Of a stretch of DNA of 64,000 nucleotides, positions 44,873-56,300 are shown piece after piece. This DNA comes from Candidatus Omnitrophota bacterium (GTDB lineage: Bacteria; Omnitrophota; Gorgyraeia; Gygaellales; Profunditerraquicolaceae): positions 166,313-230,312 of the forward strand of contig JALOQK010000001.1 of the NCBI GenBank assembly GCA_025453395.1. The letters run 5' to 3'. A program made the translations under genes and the position numbers. The notes under the pieces were generated by a model. The model did not search any database. It was not told where the DNA came from and was given only the letters and a program-made list of their open reading frames with translations. The number at the start of each line of letters is the position of its first letter. Position 1 is the stretch's first letter.

Positions 44873-46173
44873 CAGCGTTTCTTTTTCAGTTCGCGTTGCT
44901 TAATCTTCTGCACTTGGCTTGCCACCTGTTCGGGGGTTTTTTCTCCCAGAACAATCGACTGCAATCCCCTGTCCAGATTCTCCAGCACCAAAGGAAATTC
45001 CGAAACATCCCAAACATTAGGATGCGTGGTTAATTCTATATTATTGGCAAACTGCGCTAAATTCGCAGAGATCTTGCCCATCGCCTCTTTATTCGCCGGA
45101 AGATTTAAAGTCATTTCTGCCAAATATGCCTGCTGATCAACATAAGTCAACCACTTTAAGAATTTTACCGCCTCTTCTTTATTTTTTGATTTAGCATTGA
45201 CCATAAATGAGGAGCCCGCGCCTCCCCAGATGCTCATGGGAAATTTGTCTGAAAACTTGGGCGGAAGCATTGCGGCGTAATCTAAAGACGGATTCATTGA
45301 TTTATATACATTCACGCACCACGAACCGTTAAAAGCAAAAACAGCCCTTTGATTAGAAAACAGCTGTTCCGCGGTTTTGTTCTCCATGGTCAAGATCCCG
45401 TCGGAAACAATGCCGGAATCCTTCATCTGTTTAAACAAAGTAAACACCTTTATCCAGTCAGGATCCGTGTAAGCAACCTCTCCCCGGATGGTAGCTAAGA
45501 CTTTATCTTTACCCATGATATTAAAAGCATAATTATTAGCAAAACAATCTATCATCCAGGCATCGCCCCATCCGGAAACCAGGCCCTGTAATTTGGCTTC
45601 TTTGATCCTCTTGCCCATTTCAAGCCATTGCGTAAAGGTTTGAGGCGCCAGCTGCGGGTTAAACCCCAATTGCTTTAATAAAGTTTTATTATAGACCATC
45701 TGGATAGTCATAATATCCAGCGGCACGCCGTAAATCCCCGGCCTGACATCATAAATATTTCCTTCGATAAATTCATTTACTGCCAAGGCCTTGGCAAAAA
45801 ATTTATTTCTCCACGCGCCAAAGCCATCATCCATATAAGCAGTTAGGTCTAAAATATGGCCGGCCTTGATAAAAGAAGCAAAATCCCTCTTCTGGCCCAA
45901 AACGCCAAAAATATCCGGCAGAGTCGCGCCCTGAGCGGCGCCGCGCACTTTCTGCGAATAGGCGTCCGATGGGGCATAAAGCTCAAAGTTAACTTTGATA
46001 CCGGTTTTTTCCTGATAACGTTTAGCTAATTCCTGAAAGGCGGGGTCACGGTCAGTCATCCAATGCCAGACTGTGATAGTGTTGGTTTTATTTTGCGCAG
46101 GGCTGGTGCATCCGGCAAATAATAACAATGCCACTAGCAAAATAAATCTCATCCTAAAAAATAACTGCCTCAT
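44872..46173 (-). CDS. Extracellular solute-binding protein family 1 (sugar ABC substrate-binding lipoprotein)
   Basis: Lipoprotein signal peptide (LLFAGC) and an SBP_bac_1-like sequence. It is first in the ABC operon. Confidence 0.8.
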   Translation of the reverse strand: MRQLFFRMRFILLVALLLFAGCTSPAQNKTNTITVWHWMTDRDPAFQELAKRYQEKTGIKVNFELYAPSDAYSQKVRGAAQGATLPDIFGVLGQKRDFASFIKAGHILDLTAYMDDGFGAWRNKFFAKALAVNEFIEGNIYDVRPGIYGVPLDIMTIQMVYNKTLLKQLGFNPQLAPQTFTQWLEMGKRIKEAKLQGLVSGWGDAWMIDCFANNYAFNIMGKDKVLATIRGEVAYTDPDWIKVFTLFKQMKDSGIVSDGILTMENKTAEQLFSNQRAVFAFNGSWCVNVYKSMNPSLDYAAMLPPKFSDKFPMSIWGGAGSSFMVNAKSKNKEEAVKFLKWLTYVDQQAYLAEMTLNLPANKEAMGKISANLAQFANNIELTTHPNVWDVSEFPLVLENLDRGLQSIVLGEKTPEQVASQVQKIKQRELKKKR

Positions 46174-46344
46174 CTGTCCGTCATTCCTTTGGTTTAAGGT
46201 ATTAGGATTTCGGAAACGAATACGGCTAAATAATGGTTTTTCGCAAGGTTTGTTACCCTACGGGGGGAATATATATATTTAACATATTATTATCAGCTTT
46301 TCAAGAAAAATCTATATATAATTATATCTTAAATGCCCTTTAAG

Positions 46345-47052
46345 TTACGGCCTTAAAAGCCGCGCCAAATTCATAAAATCCGCCTTCTCAAGATTTATGC
46401 CAGAGTGAAAATCATTGTTAATCATCTTTGACCAAGAAACCATGCCGCGGGCATATACCGGCTCTTGGCGCGCTGAGGCATGGATCCATAGCTCCAAAGC
46501 GCTGTTAATTGGGATAAGGGTATTGCTTAAAATCCTTAAGCCTTTAGCGCTTATATCTTGGGTCTTGGCTTCGCCCTCTTGATTAAAATCCGGGCTTAAG
46601 AATTTAACTGTAAAATCCGCCGGGAAACGCGCGAAGACCCTCTGATCCTGGGGAATTTTATCATGCGAGAACTGGTCATCAGCGTTATTAGAAACGTTGT
46701 CCTTCCACCATTTCCTATCCACTTGCTGCGGAAAATCCGCTCTTAAGAATTGGTAGATTTTTTCTTTATCTTGGTCGCTTATCTTAGTAAAATATACGCC
46801 ATAGGTATTCTCACCGTCAATAAGCCTATGCCAAATGATCCAGGCATCAACATTTAGGATAATATCATCGGAAAGGCTAAGCTGCATTTTAAAAAGGCGC
46901 TGATAGGGAAGACGGGCGTCTAAAACAACCTGCATGCCCTTAAGATTCAAGTCTTTAAGCACCCCCTCATAAACACTGGGCGCGGTATTATCCAGCTTGA
47001 TTTTAATATTACGCTTAATCTGCCATCGGGTTAACTGCCGGCCTTCTTGCAT
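46345..47052 (-). CDS. Tandem PilZ-domain protein (putative c-di-GMP effector)
   Basis: The C-terminal domain has canonical RVFAR (RxxxR) followed by DISAKG (DxSxxG). The N-terminal domain has RQLTR and a degenerate DLNLKG. Confidence 0.55.
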   Translation of the reverse strand: MQEGRQLTRWQIKRNIKIKLDNTAPSVYEGVLKDLNLKGMQVVLDARLPYQRLFKMQLSLSDDIILNVDAWIIWHRLIDGENTYGVYFTKISDQDKEKIYQFLRADFPQQVDRKWWKDNVSNNADDQFSHDKIPQDQRVFARFPADFTVKFLSPDFNQEGEAKTQDISAKGLRILSNTLIPINSALELWIHASARQEPVYARGMVSWSKMINNDFHSGINLEKADFMNLARLLRP

Positions 47053-47176
47053 TTTATTTTTCCTCTTAATAAAGGACTCTAAACATATGTGTCTTAAACA
47101 AGTTAAATCTTTCGCGCCTATTTAAAGTATATGGTAAAAATAATCAAATTGCAACCGTTTTCTTTTCCCCATTAGT

Positions 47177-47326
47177 GGTAGACGCTTTAGCTAAAGTATT
47201 GCAATGCAATAACTTATGAAACAATTCCGGGTATGCATAAAAATATTTTTCCCTCATATTTAATTCATCGCACCCGGATTTTAATTGTAACATCATACAC
47301 CGCAGGTATTTAGATAAAGCGTCTAC
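47177..47326. repeat. About 150 bp element bounded by 19 bp imperfect inverted repeats (GGTAGACGCTTTAGCTAAAG ... TTTAGATAAAGCGTCTACC), 3 nt downstream of the giant gene stop
   Basis: A nested second inverted repeat (aattccgggt ... acccggattt) and a near-palindromic ttgcaatgcaa run lie inside it. It could be a structured 3' element or a MITE. Confidence 0.5.
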
Positions 47327-47329
47327 CTT

Positions 47330-50300
47330 TTACAACCAAATCGCTGCCCTGCGCGGATAATTTCTATCTGCGTTGATTAACCAAAAATAATATTTATCAA
47401 AATCCATGTCGTGTTTATCTCTCGCAAAACGCACAAACCCGCCGCGGTTTAAGCCTCGCCTGGATATCAATTTCTGCCCGTCCCCGGGAGCGCCGTCGCG
47501 GTTGGAAAAAGCGTCTTTTTGGAAAACATCCTCATTGCGTGTACCTGTTCTCAACAAAATAAGATTCCTGTAGAATAATTCCTGCAGCAGGCTGACCGGA
47601 TGGGAAAAATACTTTCTTTGCGTAGTATCCGGGAATCCTTTCATAAAATATTCAGTAAGATATTTTATGGCGCTGCGCACTAAATCTTTACTCTGACTAC
47701 TTAGGTCAACCCGCCAAAAACAAACATCTAAAGATACGGTTTCTTCTTTTTCATTTTTCTTCTCAATAAATTCAATCCTGACTAAAAGTTCATTTTTAAG
47801 CCACGCCTCAAATATATTATTATGGAATTCTTTAATTTCTACTTTCGTTCCAGAAAATTCTATAACTTCAACGCGCTTAGGTAAAGTCATGCTATCTGAA
47901 TCTGTGTCGGGAGGCATAGCTCTATTCTTAGAGAAAATTGCCATCAGGCCAAGCGCTACTATAATTGTTAATAATACGGGTAAAAGGTAAGGTGGGAATG
48001 AAACAAATTGAGTATGCTGCACCGGCGCTCCGGTAGGCTGGGCTTGCGCCAGATACGCTCCAGCGGCAAAAAGGTCTTTCGCGCCTAAGGCAATAAACGC
48101 TGCGGTAAAAGGAATAAGCATATTACGGATAACCGGGCTACTGTTTGTCCCAAGCGCGCCGCCGATTTTTTTGTCCTGCGCCGGACTGCCGGATACCTCC
48201 TTAGAATTAAGTATCGTATCCCCGAAATCGAATTTCTTGCCTGTTTTATTCGCCTCAACAACGCTGGTAAAATATGGCCTAAATTGTTCGCACGAAGAAA
48301 AACGATAGCCTATCCTGTCTAAACTGATTATATGAGCAATCCCGGATGAACCCAGCATACGCAACATCGCGTTGGACATACCCATAAACAATGACTGATT
48401 TGCTTTCTGATAAATGTAATATTGATTTTTTGGCCGCGCGTGAAAATAAAAATCCGCGATATGATTAACTGACGGAAAAAGAAGAAATCTTTTTATATCT
48501 TCAAATATAATTTTGAGGCGCTTATCTGTATTCCCAATACTATCCTCAAAGGACCCGGCAATACCTCTTACTTTAGCATCTTTATCTTCGGCATAAACGC
48601 ATCCTTCAAAAAGAGAGTGGTCAAATGTCGGAGGGATATAAATACAATTACCGTCTTTGCCAGTAAGCATAATCCTATTAAGCTCTATAATTCTTTTTTT
48701 AAAGTCTAAAAAGTTAGTTAAGGCGCCGTTGTGTATTTCTTTTAATAACTGCACGAATTCTTCGCGCACCTGTTTTTGATTATGGAAATAATTTTTTTCG
48801 TTTTCTGATGCCGGGCCTGCGGCTTGCGCCTTACGATCGCACACTGCTTCATTCCAGGGAGCCTCTAAGGCGTTCTCCCAATCAAACTGCTTAATATTAT
48901 GTTTTCCTTGAAATAACTTCTGAAGGTAACGGAAGGCTTTTATCGCTAGGACAAATAGAAAAGGCACGGTCATCACCGGATACAGCGAGGCGCGCCCTAA
49001 ATGCGAATCCGGCGGGCCGGTAGACTGAGCTTGCGTCAGGTATGCGCCTGCGACAACCACCGCGCCAAGGCAAACTACACCAAGCATTGTGCAAACTTCT
49101 CCGAGGCCTTTTTTAGCGCCGCCGGGAGCGCCAACAAATTTGATATTCTGTTTTCCTTTTTCTGCCGCCTCATCCAATGCCCTCTTGGCAAAAAGCAAGG
49201 CGCTTTTATCAGTAGTGCCTTCTTTAAGCGCTTGCCGCAATAAATATAAAAGCCACGGCCAATCTTTAATCTTTACGACAAGCCCTATAATGCCAGATAA
49301 GGTTTTACCGTGTAGATCGCTGTGATAAATAATCATTTTCTTAACATATTCTTTACGGTCTAATTTGCCAAAAATCCTCTCCCATTCTTCAATCCTAAAA
49401 TCATCACCGCGGTTGTCTACAGTAACAGGTACAGGTTTTAAGCGTTTGGCAACCTTGAATTCATCCGTCTTCTGAATGGCGATTTGTTTAACCTCAACAA
49501 CTGCCTCATCTTGTTTTGCTTGAATCTTCAACCCAGACGGCGCGCCCACTGGCTCTTGCTGCGCTTTTTTTTCTTTTAATATAGCGTTAAACTCTTTTCT
49601 TAATATTATAAATTCGCCTCCGGTATTTTCTTTGCAGAGCTCAACGAGTAGGTCTCTTACTTTTTCTCTCCCCTGACTTAATTCTTTTCTTGAAGAGAAA
49701 TTACCCGCCTTAAACTTAAGTAAGGCTTCTTTTATCCGGGCGGACAGGCTTTCTATTTCAGGTGAAGTTTTACGCACCCCTGTCTCCGGTAAGGTTGCGA
49801 TTATGCCTTTTTTACGCAGTTCCTCCACAGGGTCAATACCGGCCTTACGCAAGCGCGCTAATATATTGGAAAAAGTAGAGGGGTGTTTTTTCATGTTCAT
49901 TTTATCCCGAATTTCCATAAGCGGGAATTTCTTACTTCCTTTATCTTTTGCTACTTCTTCGGCGGCTTTAATAAACTTAGCCAAAGAAACTTTACTCCCC
50001 CTTTCTGCGCTGCTTACGCCTTCTAAAATAACCCCCTTTTCTTTCTTCCATCGCCACAAGGTGCAATACTTAAAGCCTGCTAACTTAGCTAATTGCGTAA
50101 GCAATATTTTTTCACCGGGATGATTTTTCAGGAAATCTGCCGTAATTTGTTCTAATCGAGCTTTTCTATCTTCCCTGCCTTCTGCCCCGCTTCCATCGGC
50201 AAATAGATAACGAAATTTTCCGCCATAAAAAGGATGCCCGATTAGATTTTTATCTTGCGCCCCCAGATAATTCGGCCCCAGCCTGCCGCCAATTCCTAAA

Positions 50301-53300
50301 TCAGGGCCTGATTGAGAATAATGAGCTTTATCCCCGTTACATCCCTTCTCAATAGGATGGATAACCGCCTTGTAACACATCCTAAGCGGTAAATTTAATT
50401 CTAAATACCAAGATAGCGCCATAGAGTGGCCTTTGGACCTTCTCGGAAAGTATTTACCATAATAAAAAAATCCACTATTTGTTTTTAGCGATGGCATAAA
50501 TCTAAAGGTATTAATTCTGGGAGACATGCCCCATAGGGCATTAACAAAAGAATCCATAAGCTTACTGCCAATGCCATTTCTCTGGAAAGCTGGTAAAATA
50601 GCCAATTCTTGTAAATTGGCTATAGTTTCTTTATAAATAGAAAAACGGATAAACCCTACAATATCACCTTTTTCAACCGCCAAATAAACATAGTTATCTA
50701 ATAAGCGCTTTTTATACTCTTCTACTAAATGCTGCGCAGGATTAACTATTTTGGGTTTAGTCGCGGGATTAGAAAAAACTAATTTTTCTATACAGAGCAT
50801 CGCTCTTGCGGTTTTATCTAAGCGTTCAGGGCCGAGCTTAACGATATCCGCCGCGTTATAAATCCCGTCATCTAAATTAGCCCTTAATATACCGGCTTTT
50901 CTGACGACAGATGATTTATTAAGCAGATACTCGCCATAAGACAATATTGCAATGAATATAAATACGATAAGAAATGGCAATTTGCTTAGCCATGTATCAA
51001 GATGGTTAGCCGCCAAAAGCGCCGCAAGGCCGATGAACACAGGAGATTGTAAAACAACGCCTTCGCCGGAAGAAGGTGTTTGTTTACTCCCGGGCGCACC
51101 GCTGGGAAAATACTGGCGCCGCAACCCTCCTACTTGTTCTTGCGCTAATGTTTTCATTTGGGAATTACTTAAATTTGAAAAAGCGCCTTGCCCGAGAAAA
51201 CCCGCCTTACTATACTCATTAAGGAATCTGTATGTTATATATAATTTCCTTTCCGGGCTTGAGAATAACCAATAGAAAAATGTTAATAACGTACCCGGCC
51301 TGCCCTGATTAATCCTTTCAACAATCCCCTCGCAATACTCATCAGCAAATTTTAATATTCTCTGCGAGTCACTAATAAAACCCAAGAATAGAGGATCCTT
51401 TCTTAATCTGAAAATAATGCTCCCCCATTTTTCCTGAAGCGCGTTGCCGAAAACTAACGGGCTATGATCAACAAGATACATATCGGCAAAACTGACATCG
51501 CCGCGGTAATCAAAAGCTAATGTCGTACCCGGATAATAACGCTTCTTCGTTTCGCTAAGTTCGCATTGCTCAAAAACAGAATCAGGATACACATCTAAAG
51601 CTCTGCCAATCCTGCTTAACTGGCTTATCCTCAGCGCCCTTCTTATTACTTGTTCATTTTTTTCAACAAAACTGTGTTGCATTTGAAAACTAACTCCCAA
51701 ACCACGGCTTGATAGTTCCTGAAAGAAATTCCAAGTCGTCTGGCCAGAGGTTATATTGATTAATGTATTAATGATAATATCCGCTTCGGGGTAATACCGG
51801 ATAACTGCCTCCGCGAGGTTAGCTATCTTGATAAGCGAAATTGCCGGCCTCGCCAAATGGCTATCATCCAAAGAAATTCTAAAGGTAAACTTACTATCAC
51901 TACCTCTTGATTTCTTAATCATGAGCACAAATTCTCGCGCTTTTTCTGGAGTAACCATCAAAGAAGCATTGGTAGTTAACGAACAAACATTACGCTCAGC
52001 GATTATTTCATGGAGGTCTTTGCGTAAAGAAAGCTCTCCTCCGGAAATATACAAAGAGGGGTCCCTTATGCCCATGCCGCTGAAATCTGTCGCGCGGTAG
52101 AAATCCACCAAAACCATTTCTCTTTTCCTCCCGCTGTCGCAGGAAAACATACAGATATCGCAACCACTGTTACAGGTAAGCGAAAGAACACAAAGAATCC
52201 TTTTAGGAACCCAATTTGAATACGGATTAATTCGAATATCAAGGTTGGCGAACTGTTCTCTTCTTAAAAACTCTACCCGCTGTTGAAAACTATAATCTAA
52301 ATCAGAGATGTCTTCAATAACCTGCGACCCAAAAATCTCCCTGACTTTAGACGCCCCGCTCCCATCGGCAAACAGATAACGAAACTTTCCGCCATAAAAA
52401 GGATGCCCGATTAAATTTTTATCGCGCGCCCCCAGAAAATTCGGCCCCAGCCTGCCGCCAAAATCAATATCAATATCGGATAACGACGGCAGATGATGAA
52501 AAAGCGAACTCCCCGTCGCACCCAAACCCCGCCCGCCCGCGCCGCTGGCATTCGCCTTATTTACCGTTTCTAACCTCGTAGGTTGAATCGTTTGCTTCTT
52601 TATCTTTGGCCGCTCCGGGCTGCAGGCCGGCGAAGTGAGAGCGCCGCGATCAATATTACTATCTGCTAGGGACACTTCTGGCGAAAGTTGTTGCGGTGTT
52701 TTAGCTTTAGAGAAAACGGTCTGGTTAATTCGGTAAATTCTCCAGGGTTTAATATAAGATCTCCAATAGCTAAAGCAGGTATTCGGCATTATGTTGGCCG
52801 CCCATTCAATATCACGCGACAGATGAGGCTGTCTGGTCGTCTGTTCGCTGACAATAAGATATCCGCCGCGTAAAACCTGGATTTTGACCTTTTTCCAGAA
52901 ATAACTTTTTTTGGAAATACGCCCGGCCATCCCCGGCCCCTGAACATAAACAATCCCGTATTTGTTTTGATTTTGCATAAAATCATTAATCTGATATAAA
53001 ATCTTTATATTTTGTCTTCCCAAAAGTGCCCGCATCTTATCGTTTAATCCGATATTTATTTCCAATAAAGCAGGATCAATAACCTTAACGGCCATTTCCC
53101 CCAAGGCTTCCCCCACCCAGTTAAAATATTCGCTTAATTGTTTGATAATTCCCTGAATATCCTGCTTATCGGGAATACTCACAGACATTTCCTTCTGAAC
53201 AAAATTATCGTTAAAAATAAAACAGCGCGCCGAAGGAAACAAGTTCACCAAGGCCATAAAACTTACCGCGTCATGACCGGCGCAGGGATAATAAACATCC

Positions 53301-56300
53301 CCTTTATATATCCTAAAGGCATCTCTTAAATCCGCTCCGCCGAGAATTTCAGCTTGTTTGTATTTAGGCGCGATGTATAGCTTGCAAAACCGCGGCATAA
53401 TCTCTTGCTCGATAACCGCATTTTCAGATGAAAGCATTTCTGAAATCTGGCCCGCATGAACAAGGCTTATCCTTTTTTCTAAAAGCAACTGCGGCCTCTC
53501 CTGCAGGAATAAATCCTTTAACGCCTGCTCATAATCAGCGCGGATGATTATTTTGTTTTTATATTCTTGATCAAACTGGCCGTAGGCGCTATCAATAAAA
53601 AACTTTTCATTGCCATCATAGAGAACAATCCAATAGTGATGAGAACCATTTTTAAGCGCGGGGCCGCTGTAAAAACCCGGCATAATTTCCAGATGTGCGC
53701 CCCGATTCTTTCCGATCGGTAAATCAAACTTAGCAGAGAGCATCTTAGCCAAAAGCACATTGCTTGTAATGCATGAAGCGTATGTAAATTCAAGCAATTT
53801 TTTATCCGCAATTACCCCAAAAAACCAATCCTGGATAAGCGCGATAAAATCAGCATGTTGAAATCTCCGAAAGATTCCCTCAAAGCCCCCCATTTTAATC
53901 TCCGGGAGCGTTAGATTAAATCCGTCTGAATAAGCTTGTTGAAATAATTGCCTCTGGCAGCACATATTCGCATATATATTTTTCTGCCTCATATCTTCTG
54001 ATAAATGAATGCCCGCTGGCAACATCCGCCAGCCAAGCATATTTGGCGAAGTGGGCGCGTTGCCGCGGTTCAAAAGGGTGTCCCCTTGGGGAACGTCCCC
54101 ATTTCCATTTCCGGAATTCTCTGATCCCACATAAGCCACGCGAGGATTAGAGATAGCTCCTAAAAGTATCGCACCTTCTGTTTCCGGCTCAACAACATGA
54201 TAAATGTCGCAAAAAGCTCCTTTAATCATTTTTACTTCCTGCCACTTAACGCAAATTTTATCCTGAATATCGCTGGAAACAATCAAGCCTAATTTATTGT
54301 AAACCGCATAAAGATTATAAGCGCTTCTGTCAAATATGATTTCCGCTCTAAGATTATTCTCTATTTTAGAAGCCTCTCGGGCATACCCTAAAGCTTTAAG
54401 CTTTTCAGTAAAACACCCTGCTGGCTGAACACCGAACCAATAATCGCAAATAAGTTTTCTTATTGCCGGCCTAAAGATGTGGAATTTAGCCGTTAATAAA
54501 CACGCCAAGAAGATAAAATATAAGGTAAACCCAAATAGAGGAAATTTCGCGGCAAGTGCCAGCGGAACAAAAGTTACCAGCGCGCAGGATGCGAAAATAT
54601 GCGGAATACTTATGCGCCTCATGCCTAAATAAGGAATAATATCTTTATTGATACCCTCGGAACGGATGATAAAATCTACATTAAGCTTACGGAAGATTTT
54701 TTCTTTTTCAGGATCAGTAACAATTACCGCGGTTAAAGCGCCTGCACTTTTAGCTTCTCTTGCGCCTTGCGCTTGGTCTTCAAACAAAATAATCTCATTA
54801 AGCGCAAGGCCGTATTTCTTCCTTAAAGCAATAATCTGTGTTTTTTTATCGTGCGGTATACCGCTTTTCAGGGGATATGCTCCGTAAATCTGGTCATAGA
54901 AATACTCCATGCCCAAAATCCTGATTGTTTCCTTTAAAGAAACACTTGGCTGGCCGCTTGTCTGAATAATCCTTACTCCCGGAAACTTGCGCCTGATTTC
55001 ACACAAGGCTTTTACTGTTTCCGGAATAACAATATTGTCGCCTCTTCCTATTTTCTCTTTAACACTTTTTAAAATCAAATCGCAGAATTCATCAACATAC
55101 TCCTGATTTGTCCTTAGGTTTCTAACTTTTTTTGTGCGCGCCCTTGCTATGACATCGCCAATTTGAGCATACAAAGAACCTCCGCCACATGCATTAACAT
55201 AATCTATGCCATTCTTAAGGCCTTCTTTTGTGGGGATATAGCTTCGGCTTTCGCCTTTCATGATCCGGTCATACATTGCCCCCCAGACAAAGAAAACACA
55301 ATCCAGGCTGTCCACCACTACCCCATCCCAAACCAAAACAATCACTTTTATTCTTGGCTTAACATCCGTAATTTTAATAACCTTTGCCGGATGTTTTGAA
55401 CGCATCCGCGAGAAAATACTGGATAAATACGGACGCGCGCTAAATAATAGACAAAATAATATTGTCAATGCCCAGAATCCTTTTGGGAGCGAAACAAGCA
55501 TCTCTTGCGGCCAGAAATCAGCCGGCATTAAACTTATTAAAAAGAATGCCGAAAGAATATGGCTGAATGTTTTTATGCCGCGGGGCGTTAATGCTGCCAG
55601 GCCCTTCTGGCTTTCTTTTATTAAAGAAGCGGCGGCGTCCAACTTTTTTTTGGTTGCCGGGTCATCGCCACCTTGCTTATTATTTTTTGCCGTCATCGCC
55701 TGGTCAGCAAATAACGCCAGCCCTTGCGATAGCATCGACAGACGAATCTCAAAAATTCTTTGGATATATTTCGCATGAATAGCTACCGCCAAATCTTCAT
55801 GATTAACAAAACTATTCACAACAATTAACGCATAACCAATACTCTCAACATCACGGCATTTTTCGGCCAAGCCCGAAAGAAAACTAAACGTTTCATATCT
55901 AATAACATTCTGGCTACAAATCACTGAATCTTTTGTTGTTTTTTGTACAGCGGCATCTTTCTGCTGCGCAGGAATAATATCAAATTTCTTTGAACCGTTG
56001 TCCTGGAGCGCTTTAATATTATTTACCGTTTCTAACCTCGTAGGCTGAATCGGTAGCTGGGCTACCGATGCCGGGCTGTTGAATTGCCTTTCACGGTAGA
56101 AGACCGAATATTGTGTTGCCCCTGAGACAAATCCCTTAGATTCCAAAACTCTCTCTATCAAAAGATAAGGGAATTTGATATCTTCTTGCTTTTTAAACCT
56201 TAAATATGGGGCCATACGATATGTCTTTACAATGCTGCTAGTGAATTGTTTAACAAAATATTGGATTGCTGATAAATCATTTATTCTGATACTCAGCGGA

